The translations under genes and the position numbers were made by a program. This document shows, piece after piece, positions 1 to 8,940 of a DNA stretch of 25,350 nt. Each line of letters begins with the position of its first letter. Positions within the stretch are counted from its first letter, which is position 1. The stretch lies in the IMG/VR virus record IMGVR_UViG_3300026286_000004. One strand, written 5' to 3'. A model generated the notes under the pieces. That model saw only the letters and a list, made by a program, of their open reading frames with translations. It searched no databases and was not told the DNA's origin. This DNA is from a virus. Lineage: Duplodnaviria > Heunggongvirae > Uroviricota > Caudoviricetes.

Positions 1-439
1 TGCGCGGGGTCCGGACCAGTGGCGCCCCGCGCCGTGCCCCCTGCCCCGTACCGGAGCAGCGGGCGTGCCTGGCGCCGAGGCTGCGCGGCACGGGGTTGCG
101 GTCACAGAAGCCTCGGAGGAACAGGTAGTCGAACAGCGCGGAGAGGGTCGCCAGCCGCCGCTTGATCGTCGAGGCGGCCAGCCCCACCTCGCCGTCGGCC
201 AGGCGCACCACGTTGCCACCGCGGCACGGGGCCCGCTGGGCCTCGATGAAGGCGAGCACGTCCGTCACGCTCACCTGCTGCGGCGGCTTCCTCACGACCG
301 CGAAGAACACCTTCAGGTCGAACGCCTGCGCGATGAGCGTGTTGGGCCGCACCCTAGCGGCGGTGAACCGTAGGTACTCATCCAGCAGCGGATCACCCAG
401 GCTTGGCACGCTTCCCGCCGAGCGCACCAAACACGGCAT
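1..439 (-). CDS. Tyrosine recombinase/integrase, N-terminal SAM-like part (runs off the window edge; resembles RIT-element recombinases)
   Basis: Manual translation (absent from the ORF track because its stop lies outside the window): MPCLVRSAGSVPSLGDPLLDEYLRFTAARVRPNTLIAQAFDLKVFF...GNVVRLADGEVGLAASTIKRRLATLSALFDYL...NPVP. This matches the core-binding domain pattern of XerC/D-type recombinases. Alternative in-frame ATG at 544. Confidence 0.75.
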   Translation of the reverse strand, partial: MPCLVRSAGSVPSLGDPLLDEYLRFTAARVRPNTLIAQAFDLKVFFAVVRKPPQQVSVTDVLAFIEAQRAPCRGGNVVRLADGEVGLAASTIKRRLATLSALFDYLFLRGFCDRNPVPRSLGARHARCSGTGQGARRGAPLVRTPR

Positions 440-545
440 GAACGACCCGATCCCAGACGTCCGAACCTCCTCGACGGATGCCTCACCATCAGCCTCCACC
501 CACCCCCACCGGAAGCCCGGAACCGACGCGCCGATCACCTGCATA

Positions 546-821
546 TCAAGCCGCAGCCTTGAGGATCTCGTTGGCCTTGCGAAGTTCGGCGTTCTCCTTC
601 TGCAACCGCTTGATCTCCGCCGCCGCATCCGTCGTCAGACCGGGCTTCACACCTGCGTCGACCTCGTAGCGGCGTTGCCACAATCGCAACGTCTCCGGGC
701 TCATCCCCAGCAGCCCTGCCACATGGCGGACCGCGCTCATCATGTTCGGGTGCGACGGCCGCGTCTCCGCGAGCATCCGCAACGCCCGCTCACGCATCTC
801 CGGTGAATACTTCCTGTTCAT
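546..821 (-). pseudogene. IS3-family transposase OrfA, truncated just before the usual frameshift window
   Basis: MNRKYSPEMRERALRM...VAGLLGMSPETLRLW...EIKRLQKENAELRKANEILKAAA* is a typical IS3/IS6110-like OrfA HTH plus coiled coil, but lacks the usual ..FFAxELD tail and orfB. Confidence 0.85.
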
Positions 822-869
822 CGTGTTCCATCCTTACTTGAAGAACGGAACGAAAGTCAGGCCGATTCA
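546..869 (-). mobile_element. IS3-family element remnant (left end plus truncated orfA)
   Basis: IS3-type terminus TGAATCGGCC... starts at 869 on the minus strand, 48 bp before orfA. No orfB and no right end follow; the sequence switches to the recombinase region at about 545. Confidence 0.8.
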
Positions 870-1218
870 AGATCCCGTGCGCTCGGGTCAGGCTCGTTTA
901 AGGTCATGCCCGAAGGGCGGGTGCCTCTACGACGCGAAGGCCGGACGGATCGATCCCATCGGCAAGCCAGCAGGGCGCCAGTCACATAAAGGGTCACGAC
1001 CCGGGCGAAGCCACACCAGCATGTAAGTCGGGCTACGGCCGGTCGCGCCAGGGTTGGTCGCGCCCCGCCATGGCTCAGGGAGATGCCGCAGCGGTTGCAG
1101 GTCGTTTACACCTTTTGCTCGGGGTCATGTTTAGCCAAACCAGTTCAGCGCTGAGACCCATCCCGCGCAATCACAACGGGCGCACGCACAAAGAGGCGCG
1201 TCCGGGCAGGGTGCTCCA

Positions 1219-1986
1219 TCAGTCCCGCCAAGTGAGGGGCGCTTGATTCACGTCGTGGAAGGTGGCGGAGCGTGAATGCTTCGGCGTTGTCGCGAAGAAA
1301 TTGCGGAGCTGTGTCCGCGTCAAGCCGGCGAGGCGCGCGCGCAGGTAGGGACGTTGCGCTGAGGTGTGAAGGGGCTCTCCTTGACCGACGACCCCGCCGT
1401 CATACGCGGCCGTGGCCTCGGGGGAAACCACTCGCCATCGCGGATTGCTATCGGAAACGTCCAAGCCGGCCTCAGCGGGATTCCACAACTGGAAGGCGAC
1501 TAGGTAGTCGTGTCCGACGACGAACCATGGGTCGGCATCTTGTTTGAACGCGGTGCGCTGATCGCCATCCTGGATCCAGCCGTTGCCTCCCAGCGTTCCC
1601 TGGCGGGGCAGCGCAGGAGCACCGTCGGCCGACCAGACGTCGTCAACCACGGAGTAGGTCACTTGCCGAATGACCATGCCATAGCCGTCGGCTATCTCAG
1701 CGGCGCTCATCGGCAACTCGCTTTCGCGTTCGATGTGAATGCGCACGAGGTGGTCTGTGTAACTTACAAGGTCCTCGACAGTGCTTGCCGGGGGGACAGC
1801 GTAGTCGTACATGAGGATTTGGGTGAACTTTGCAGGCATGTCGATGCCGGGTGCCGGGGCTTTTGGAATCGCCTCGGTCACCGTTGCCAGAGTCGGTGTG
1901 GCATCCGCCCCGGCCCGAACACCGAGCACGGACACACACATTGCGGTGCCGCCCAAGAAAAGCACTACAGCACTTCGGCGAAACAT
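1219..1986 (-). CDS. Secreted hypothetical protein (255 aa)
   Basis: N-terminal basic plus hydrophobic signal-like segment ending in AGA-DA. Lies 21 bp downstream of the metalloprotease gene on the same strand. Confidence 0.65.
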   Translation of the reverse strand: MFRRSAVVLFLGGTAMCVSVLGVRAGADATPTLATVTEAIPKAPAPGIDMPAKFTQILMYDYAVPPASTVEDLVSYTDHLVRIHIERESELPMSAAEIADGYGMVIRQVTYSVVDDVWSADGAPALPRQGTLGGNGWIQDGDQRTAFKQDADPWFVVGHDYLVAFQLWNPAEAGLDVSDSNPRWRVVSPEATAAYDGGVVGQGEPLHTSAQRPYLRARLAGLTRTQLRNFFATTPKHSRSATFHDVNQAPLTWRD

Positions 1987-2007
1987 TTATGTCTACCTCC
2001 CGACGTG

Positions 2008-2649
2008 TCAATATGCCGAATTGATATTTGCGATGTTCATCGGCCCAAGAAGTGCGGGCGTGCCAGGGTAGTAGGGCGTCCGCATACAACCCAGTAAGGA
2101 ACTTGAGTTTGATACTTTGGGATAGGCTTCTTGCCCATGAGTTAGTCCTACGGCGTGCCCCGTCTCATGGCAAGTCACATACTGATTGATAGTGTAGTCG
2201 TTGGAGAACCTTACGTAATGCTGCCCACAGACTCTAGTAGACGTTGCATCTCGGCACCACGTTATGCCGATCACGTCGCCATTTCCTGGAGTGACCCCAT
2301 CCTGATATACGATATCGGTTGATGTGTACTGAGTATAGTGAACGGAGCGCTGCAGATCAGTTGCGGCGTAGTTGTTCGTCCAGGTTAGATTTATTGCCGT
2401 TGCGGTACTGGATCGAACGTTGTCCTGATTGTGCGTCGATACATAATAGTCATCCGTTCGACAAAAAACCCCAATCGACATGGATCCATCCACACAAGTC
2501 CAATTTGCGTTGACCGTCGGGTACATGTTGTCCACCCCTTCAAGGGGGGGAGCCTCGTTCGGATCGTCGGTGTCTGACCAGACAGGCGTTGCAGTCCCAC
2601 AGGCAATAACTGCAGCTGTTGCTAGAATTCTCAACAATGAGGTCTTCAT
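2008..2649 (-). CDS. Secreted matrixin/metzincin-type zinc metalloprotease (213 aa)
   Basis: Signal peptide MKTSLLRILATAAVIACG, zinc motif HETGHAVGLTH (HExxHxxGxxH), downstream Met-turn GCM and several Cys. Start set to the ATG at 2649 rather than 2682. Confidence 0.85.
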   Translation of the reverse strand: MKTSLLRILATAAVIACGTATPVWSDTDDPNEAPPLEGVDNMYPTVNANWTCVDGSMSIGVFCRTDDYYVSTHNQDNVRSSTATAINLTWTNNYAATDLQRSVHYTQYTSTDIVYQDGVTPGNGDVIGITWCRDATSTRVCGQHYVRFSNDYTINQYVTCHETGHAVGLTHGQEAYPKVSNSSSLLGCMRTPYYPGTPALLGPMNIANINSAY

Positions 2650-2694
2650 GGATGGATGATATCCGGAAGCCCAGCCCCACACAAGAGGACTCTC

Positions 2695-2703
2695 GAGTGG
2701 AGT
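2695..2703 (+). repeat. IS256 target-site duplication, left copy (gagtggagt)
   Basis: Directly abuts the terminal IR; 8/9 identical to 4146-4154. Confidence 0.8.
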
Positions 2704-4145
2704 GAGGAATAGTCAAGACCTGTGGATCGGCGTGTCATGCGACTTGCTGATCGCCTCCTGATTCGTCGGGTCGTTCGACGAGGACGCCGTTCTCGAACGT
2801 GGCGCCGGCTCGGACTAGCGCGACGAGGTGGGGTGCGTTGACGGCACGCCATCTGGCTTGTGCGGACTCGATGAGCTTGAACGCCATCGCGACGCCGGCC
2901 GCTCTCGAGCCGGGGCCCTTGGTGACTCGCTGCCGCAGTCGGACGGTGGCGAAGGTCGACTCGATCGGGTTGGTGGTCCGCAGGTGGATCCGGTGTTCGG
3001 CGGGGTAGTCGTAGAACTCCAACAGGACGTCGAGGTCGTCGGTGATCTTCGCCGCGGCCTTGGGCCACTTGGGGCCGTAGTCGGCGGCGAACGCCTTCGC
3101 CGCAGCGTGCGCGTGCTCCTTGTCTTCGGCGTTCCAGATCTCAGCCAGCGCGGCCTTCGCACCCGGCTGGGCGGACTTCGGGAGCGCGTTGAGGACGTTG
3201 GCGATCTTGTGGAACCAGCAGCGCTGCTCGCGGGTCTCGGGGAACACCTCACGCACCGCAGCCCAGAACCCCAACGCCCCGTCACCGATGGCGAGCACCG
3301 GTGCTCGCATCCCGCGGCGCTTGCACGAACGGAGCAGGTCAGCCCACGACTCGGTTGATTCGCGGTGTCCGTCGTCGAGGGCACCAGCTCCTTGGTGCCG
3401 TCGGCACGCACCCCGATGATCACCAGCAGGCACACCTTGTCCTGCTCGAGCCGGACCTTGAGGTGGATCCCGTCGACCCAGCAGTAGACGTAGTCGGTGC
3501 CCTTCAACGGCCGCTTGTTGAACGCAACCGCCTCCTCTTGCCACTGCGTGGTGAGCCGGGTGATCGTCGAGGCTGACAGGCCGGCGCCGGAGCCCAGGAA
3601 CTGCTCCAGCGCCGGACCGAAGTCGCCGCTGGACAGCCCGTGCAGATACAGCAGCGGCAACACCTCCGCGACCTTCGGCGACTTCCTCGCCCAGGCCGGC
3701 AGAATCGCCGAAGAGAACCGCTGCCGCTTGCCGGTCACCTCATCGGTGCGCTTGTCGTTGACCCGCGGAGCCCGCACCGGGATCGCGCCCGCAGCCGTCA
3801 TCACCTCCCGCGGTTCGTGATGGCCATTGCGGACCACCAGCCGACGACCGCGCTCGTCGAGCTGGTCGGCGAACGCCTCGATGTACGCGGCGACCTCGGC
3901 CTGTAACGCCGCCGCCAACATCTGCCGGGCACCATCGCGGACGATCTCATCCAGCACCGACCCACCGGCCGGCTCGCCTGCCTCTTCGGCATCGTGGACT
4001 ACCTTGAGCATGGGCGTACCTTCCCGAGCCGGCGCGCCAACGCCGACCCTGATCAGAACCTTGTGATTGCTTCGATCCTGCTCGGGAGGTGCACCTACTT
4101 CACGTCACCTCACCGAGCGCCATCCACAGGTTCTGATCATTGCTC
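2704..4145 (-). mobile_element. IS256-family insertion sequence, 1442 bp
   Basis: Imperfect 24-bp terminal inverted repeats (gaggaatagtcaagacctgtggat at 2704-2727 vs atccacaggttctgatcattgctc at 4122-4145, 19/24) and a 9-bp flanking direct repeat gagtggagt / gagtggact. Confidence 0.9.
2735..4011 (-). pseudogene. IS256/Mutator-family DDE transposase with a 1-bp frameshift near 3382
   Basis: The N-half (RNG, WVDGIHLKVR, GVRADG) is in one frame and the C-half (ESWADLL, GDGALGFW, QRCWFHK, RTTNPIES) in another. GTGCCCTC stands where GTGGCCCTC (V-A-L) would restore the frame. Confidence 0.85.
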
Positions 4146-4154
4146 GAGTGGACT
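4146..4154 (+). repeat. IS256 target-site duplication, right copy (gagtggact)
   Basis: Directly abuts the terminal IR; 8/9 identical to 2695-2703. Confidence 0.8.
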
Positions 4155-4405
4155 CACGCGAATGCCCAGTGTCCCAGCGCGTTGTGGGTCCTGAACGAAC
4201 TTTGAACGTGTCTGCCACGTAAGGCTTGCCCCGTCCCCAGCCCAAATCCCGGCAACTTTGAAGTGTTGAACGCCAGCACCCGCGAGGGTCAGGGCGTGAT
4301 CCCAAAGCTTGGCCTATCAGCGGCGCCAGCGTTGCGGTAGCCACCGCCGATCCACCACCCGAGCTGCTGCCCAGTGCGCGCTGCCGGATCTTCACGTAGG
4401 TCGCC

Positions 4406-4816
4406 TCACCGAACGCGGCCAACAACATCACTCGGGCCCGCTTCGCCAACCTCGCCGCGACTATCGTCGAACGCAGCATCGCTGCCCGCGCTAAGGCACT
4501 CCGGGCAGTAGCCGGTGTCCTCGTCGGCCTCGGCGGCACCGATCGTGCTCCGGCACTTGATGCAGACGACCAGCTCGCCGGCGAGCAGCCCTTTGGCGGT
4601 CGCCACCTGGTCTGCGGACGCCTGTCCGTTCACTCCCGACTGTTTCAGGGCGGCGTCCACCCACACGGGTTCGTGCCCGGCGGCGATCAGATCACTCCGC
4701 AGGGCGTCCCGGCCGGACGTGGCGGTCAGCGGCTGCTCCTGTTCGGAGTGCGTCTTCGCACTGAACCGGCCGTTGCCGGACCGCGGATGCTTGGAGACGT
4801 CGAAGGGGATGCCCAT
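4406..4816 (-). CDS. Hypothetical protein with N-terminal FDxSKHPRxxxGRF motif and C-terminal CxxC...CxxC zinc ribbon (136 aa)
   Basis: MGIPFDVSKHPRSGNGRFSAK; CIKC and CPEC; AGGA SD-like sequence before the ATG; last gene of the leftward run. Confidence 0.7.
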   Translation of the reverse strand: MGIPFDVSKHPRSGNGRFSAKTHSEQEQPLTATSGRDALRSDLIAAGHEPVWVDAALKQSGVNGQASADQVATAKGLLAGELVVCIKCRSTIGAAEADEDTGYCPECLSAGSDAAFDDSRGEVGEAGPSDVVGRVR

Positions 4817-4840
4817 GTCCTGGATGTGCGCGGGGAGGGT

Positions 4841-5356
4841 TCACGCCCGCTCGAAGGTGAACACCTTCCAGCCTTTCCCGGGCGTGAAGATCGTCTTGAT
4901 CCGGATCCGCTGGCCCTTCTCGAACGTCACCACGCTCGTCGCGACCGGCTCGGACGGGTCGGTCACCTCGACCTTCGTCACCTTCCCCGTGACCGGCACG
5001 TTCTCGATGTCGATGAACTCGAACTTCTTCGCCAGCGAGTCGACCGCGTGCCGGCGCACCTTCTTCACCCACACCTTCGCATCCTCCGTCGGCGTCGACC
5101 AGTCGGTCGCGAACGCGCGCGAGACCTCGATGATCTCCTGCTGCGCCGCCTCGTCGACGGCATGCTCGATGTCATCTCGCCCGCCGTCCGTCGGGATCGG
5201 CAGCGGGGTCTTCGACGCCGACGGCGTGACCGTGACGGTCGTCGTCGGCAAGACCGGTGGCGGCTCGTTCGCCTGCCGGTACTGAGCGATGAATATCGCG
5301 ACGAGCAACGCCACCACGGCGGCGACACCGGCGATCTTCCAGCGAGTGAACTCCAT
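4841..5356 (-). CDS. Single-pass membrane protein, probable conjugation channel component (VirB8/TcpC-like, NTF2-type fold predicted)
   Basis: N-terminal TM (IAGVAAVVALLVAIFIAQY), Pro/Thr linker, then an alpha-beta domain (AFATDWS...WVKKV, GWKVFTFE) directly downstream of the wall hydrolase. Fold assignment is inference. Confidence 0.55.
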   Translation of the reverse strand: MEFTRWKIAGVAAVVALLVAIFIAQYRQANEPPPVLPTTTVTVTPSASKTPLPIPTDGGRDDIEHAVDEAAQQEIIEVSRAFATDWSTPTEDAKVWVKKVRRHAVDSLAKKFEFIDIENVPVTGKVTKVEVTDPSEPVATSVVTFEKGQRIRIKTIFTPGKGWKVFTFERA

Positions 5357-5363
5357 GCTCTTC

Positions 5364-5391
5364 CTTTGCCTCACAAGGTGATTCCGGCGGC
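5364..5391 (-). promoter_or_regulatory. Class A motif GCCGCC-N15-GGCAAAG, 7 nt before the ATG at 5356
   Basis: One mismatch to the four exact copies, with the same 15-nt spacer. Confidence 0.6.
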
Positions 5392-8300
5392 GGCCATGAT
5401 CGGCACCGGATCCTGCGGGACGTCATTGACCCGGATCTCGAAGTGCAGGTGGTTGCCCGAGGATGTCCCGGTCGTCCCCACGACCCCGATCTGCTGGCCG
5501 ACCGTGACGGTCTGCCCGGTCGTGACCATGACCCGGGACTGATGGCCGTAGTACATCTCCATCGAGTCGCCCACCTTGATCGACACGAGCAGGCCATACC
5601 CGCATCCGCAGTCGCCGGCGAACGAGACCGTCCCGGCCGCCGCAGCGAAGATCGGGGGAGTGCCACCATCGTTCGGGGCCATGTCGACACCCTTGTGATC
5701 GGTCGACCCGCCCGGCGTCGGCGACGGCCGCGGACCGAACGGGCTGGAGATGAAGTAGCTGCCCGCAGGCAACGGCAGCGCCGCGTCGCCGTTGATCGTC
5801 GCACCAGACCCGCCCGTCGACCACTGGGCGGCGTTCGCGGCCATCCCGGTCGCAGCGGAACTGATCGCCTCCGCCGACGGGTTCTGGCTCTGCCACCCGT
5901 TCGGCAGCTCGATCGCCATGACGCCGTACTCGACGGCCCACTCGAAGATGTTCTCCAGCGACCCGAGGCCGTGCGAGCCGTGCCCGCCGTCGATCGAACG
6001 GGTCTGCAACGTGATCGGGTGGTTGTTCGTCGTGATGTGCTCGTAGATCGCGAACGCGCCCGACTTCGTGTCGATCGTGTGCTCGTCCAGTCCGGTGTGC
6101 CCGAAACTGAACCGCGGACTGAGCGCGCTGATCTCGTCGATCCAGTCGAACGTCGCCGACGTGGAAACACCGCCGTCCAGGCTGAAGTACGGGTGCGCCC
6201 ACACCGTGATCGGTGTCGTCGGCCACGCCGCCAGCATCCCGGCGGCATCCGCCCGGACCGCGGCACCCCGATCCTCCTCGGTGAACCCAGCGTCCTGCAT
6301 GTTCTGCAGGTTCGTCTTGCCGTTGTCGGCTCGCTCGGATGAGAACAGCAGCATCCATTCGGCGGTCATCGGCGAGAACGCGCTGACGTTCACCTCGCCG
6401 ACCTGGGTGTACGAGTCATACTTCGCGCCGAGCGCCGTCATCATCGCCTGCCACGCCGACACGTAGTCCGGGTCGTACAGGTACGGCAGGTCGGAGTGCT
6501 TGTTCTCGTCATGGTCGAAGAACCGCGGCAGCGGGCGGCCGTGCGCGGACAGCTCTTTCGCCCACTGCGGGGCGTGGATACCCGGCCGGATCCGCAGCCG
6601 GAAGCGCATGTTGTGCGACGACGCGTACGTGATCGCCGCGTCGATCCGCGAGGTGTCGTAGACGCCCTGCTCCTTCTCGATCTGGTCCCAGTCGAGTTGC
6701 AGCACGAACCCTTGCAGCTCGTCGGTCCGGTCGCCGCCCTTGCCTTGCGACAGGTCGGTGCGCGCGAGCAGACCCGACAGGAACGGCTTGCCGATCCCGC
6801 AGGACGTCGAGCCGACATCGGTCGGGGTGCCGGTGCCACCCTCCGGGTTGACCGTGATGTGGACGTGGTCCATGTGGTTCGCGGTCACGCCGCCGCGGTC
6901 TTCCATCGGACGCCACTGCCCCACCGGCCAGCCGGCCTGCCAGTAGCGCTGGTACCAGATCATGTATTTGATCCCGTACGCGGACGCGTTCTCCTGCGCG
7001 TACTTCGCCAGCGCGTCACCGTTCGCCCGGTCCTCGAACACCATGAAGTCGGCGGCCAGACCGGACGGGTGGTCCGGGTACGGGTCGAACTCGCGCCAGC
7101 CGTAGATCGTCTCGATGCTGAACTTCGTGCCCAGATCGTCGGCCATGTACTGCGTCGGCGCCTGCACCGGGCCGATGTCGTAGCCGGCCCGCGGCGCGAA
7201 CGCCACGATCGGGGCGAACTTACCGCCGGACATCGCGAGCACCGTCCGGCCGGACGGCGGCGGCACCTTCCCGGTGATCTGCGCGACCAGGAGCGCCGCA
7301 TCCGGCTCCCATTTCCCGTACGCGTCCGGGAACGCCGAGCGCTGCACCGCCTGCGCGGCCTCCCCGAGCGGCATCGACTGCCAGTTCGTGATGTCGACCA
7401 GGCCCGGGTTCGACGTGTGGTCGGCCATCCCGTAGAACCCCTTCGACGACTTCACCGGGTCGAGGATCTCGTCCGGGCTACCCCAGCCGGTGCTCGGCCG
7501 CTGCTGGAACAACCCCAGGCTGTCCCGGTCGCCATACGTCAGGTTCCGCAACGTCGACTCCTGCAACGCCGTCATCAACGCGATGACCAGGCCCCGCTCC
7601 GGGATTCCCAGGCTCTGCCCGGTCTGGACGATGATGACGGCGTTGCCCATCTGCTCCGGGGTGATCTCGAAGCTCAGGTTGTCCGGGAGGGTGCCGGAGT
7701 ACGTGCTCGTGCACGGCACCGGACCGGCCGCCAGGCCGAACCGCCAGTGGATCGCCGTGTCCACGATCGTGTCAGCCCACGACGTCGACGCACCGGCCAA
7801 CGGCATCGCGGACAGAGCGCTGCGAAACGGGGCCCGCACGAGCGTCTCGGAGGCGTCCTCGTCGAACCAGACCAACTGGCCGGCCTCGAGCTTCCCGCCG
7901 ATCCCGATATCCGTCGAGGCCATCCACCGGTCCTGCTCACCGAGCAGATCACGCAGTTGCTCCGACACCCACCGGGTGGCCTTCTTCGGGTCGGCCGCAT
8001 CCTCTTCGGTGAACTCGTCGTCCAGCGCATCCTCGGTGATCTGATACGGACCGACCCCGCCCGTCCCGGACCGCTGCGTCAAGAACAGGGCGGCGACCAC
8101 GTGCCATGGCAGCCCGGCGTTGTACACCGGGTTCGACAGGATCGTGATCTCCTCCTCCGACAGCCCGGCGGTGACCGCCTGCTCGACCGATGCAACCTGC
8201 TGGTTTCCGGAGGTGCCGGTGATCCCGCTCGGGCTCATGAAGACGGAAAACAGCATCAGCAGCGGGACGAGCGTCATGACCAGGCCGGCCGCCACGAATC

Positions 8301-8469
8301 TGCGGAGCCGCTTCGACTTGACCGCGGACTTCCCGGCCGCGGCGATCCCACCGGCCAGGCCGCCTGCCGCGGCACCCTTAGCGATGCTCGTGACGGCAGC
8401 AGCAGCCTCTTCCCGGCCGGACGGTCCGTCGTCCGGGATCTCGAGGTTGTCGTTCGGCTGCTCGCTCAC
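5371..8469 (-). CDS. Membrane-anchored multi-domain cell-wall hydrolase: degenerate SLT-like, lytic-transglycosylase-like, M15-like, GH-A TIM-barrel-like and M23 peptidase domains (1032 aa)
   Basis: TM at aa 58-78; ALQES...DSLGLFQQRP..GWG; DHPSGLAADFM...NHMDHVHIT; LDWDQIEKEQGVYD...APQW; HKGVD...YGH...HLHFEIR (M23 HxxxD plus HxH). Confidence 0.85.
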   Translation of the reverse strand: MSEQPNDNLEIPDDGPSGREEAAAAVTSIAKGAAAGGLAGGIAAAGKSAVKSKRLRRFVAAGLVMTLVPLLMLFSVFMSPSGITGTSGNQQVASVEQAVTAGLSEEEITILSNPVYNAGLPWHVVAALFLTQRSGTGGVGPYQITEDALDDEFTEEDAADPKKATRWVSEQLRDLLGEQDRWMASTDIGIGGKLEAGQLVWFDEDASETLVRAPFRSALSAMPLAGASTSWADTIVDTAIHWRFGLAAGPVPCTSTYSGTLPDNLSFEITPEQMGNAVIIVQTGQSLGIPERGLVIALMTALQESTLRNLTYGDRDSLGLFQQRPSTGWGSPDEILDPVKSSKGFYGMADHTSNPGLVDITNWQSMPLGEAAQAVQRSAFPDAYGKWEPDAALLVAQITGKVPPPSGRTVLAMSGGKFAPIVAFAPRAGYDIGPVQAPTQYMADDLGTKFSIETIYGWREFDPYPDHPSGLAADFMVFEDRANGDALAKYAQENASAYGIKYMIWYQRYWQAGWPVGQWRPMEDRGGVTANHMDHVHITVNPEGGTGTPTDVGSTSCGIGKPFLSGLLARTDLSQGKGGDRTDELQGFVLQLDWDQIEKEQGVYDTSRIDAAITYASSHNMRFRLRIRPGIHAPQWAKELSAHGRPLPRFFDHDENKHSDLPYLYDPDYVSAWQAMMTALGAKYDSYTQVGEVNVSAFSPMTAEWMLLFSSERADNGKTNLQNMQDAGFTEEDRGAAVRADAAGMLAAWPTTPITVWAHPYFSLDGGVSTSATFDWIDEISALSPRFSFGHTGLDEHTIDTKSGAFAIYEHITTNNHPITLQTRSIDGGHGSHGLGSLENIFEWAVEYGVMAIELPNGWQSQNPSAEAISSAATGMAANAAQWSTGGSGATINGDAALPLPAGSYFISSPFGPRPSPTPGGSTDHKGVDMAPNDGGTPPIFAAAAGTVSFAGDCGCGYGLLVSIKVGDSMEMYYGHQSRVMVTTGQTVTVGQQIGVVGTTGTSSGNHLHFEIRVNDVPQDPVPIMAAAGITL

Positions 8470-8508
8470 ACCCTGATGTATGCGGCAGAAGCCCTACCGG
8501 AACCGGCG
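8466..8508 (-). promoter_or_regulatory. Class B motif CGCCGG-N15-TGCCGCATACAT-N6-GTG
   Basis: 22 bp at 8466-8487 are 20/22 identical to 9584-9605; the motif ends 6 nt before the hydrolase start codon. Confidence 0.65.
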
Positions 8509-8940
8509 CCCGGGCTTGCGGGAGACGTCCGGCGGGAAGTACCGCAGCCGGCGCCGGGCAACCCGCCACGTCGCATACCGGGACGGCATCCGCGCCGACT
8601 TGCGCAGATTGTGCGGGGCGCACGCCCACACCAGGTTGTCGTCGCTGGACGCCCCGCCGCGGGTGTGCGGGATCCAATGGTCGGCGTGCGCACCCGGGCG
8701 CCGGCACCGCCGTCCGAACGCTCCGGTGAACTCGCACTGGCCGCCAGCGAGCATGGACGCCGCGGACGACTGGAACGTCGTGAATGCCCGGATCGGATCT
8801 TTCGGGCTGCGCCGCTCCCGGATCATCTGGATCACCTGCCAGATGATCGTCGCCCCGGAGATGACGGCGACGACCATCCGTCCACGCCCGTCCAGGTGGT
8901 CCTGGGCCAGCTCCAGCCAGCGTTCCGGCTCTACCCGCAT
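8494..8940 (-). CDS. HNH-family endonuclease with an N-terminal hydrophobic segment (148 aa)
   Basis: GQCE...RC...HADHWIPHTRGGASSDDNLVWACAPHNLRK is a beta-beta-alpha HNH motif with Zn ligands. TM-like stretch MVVAVISGATIIWQVIQMI. Start set to the ATG overlapping the upstream stop. Confidence 0.8.
   Translation of the reverse strand: MRVEPERWLELAQDHLDGRGRMVVAVISGATIIWQVIQMIRERRSPKDPIRAFTTFQSSAASMLAGGQCEFTGAFGRRCRRPGAHADHWIPHTRGGASSDDNLVWACAPHNLRKSARMPSRYATWRVARRRLRYFPPDVSRKPGRRFR

Noticed and set aside
3382-3382. Programmed frameshift in the IS256 transposase
   Set aside because: IS256 transposases are single ORFs and there is no slippery run at the site; a 1-bp deletion explains it.
4105-4539. 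144-aa minus-strand ORF and other short ORFs in 4150-4400 and 870-1200
   Set aside because: No motifs, overlap with the IS end or the KHPR gene, and biased low-information composition.
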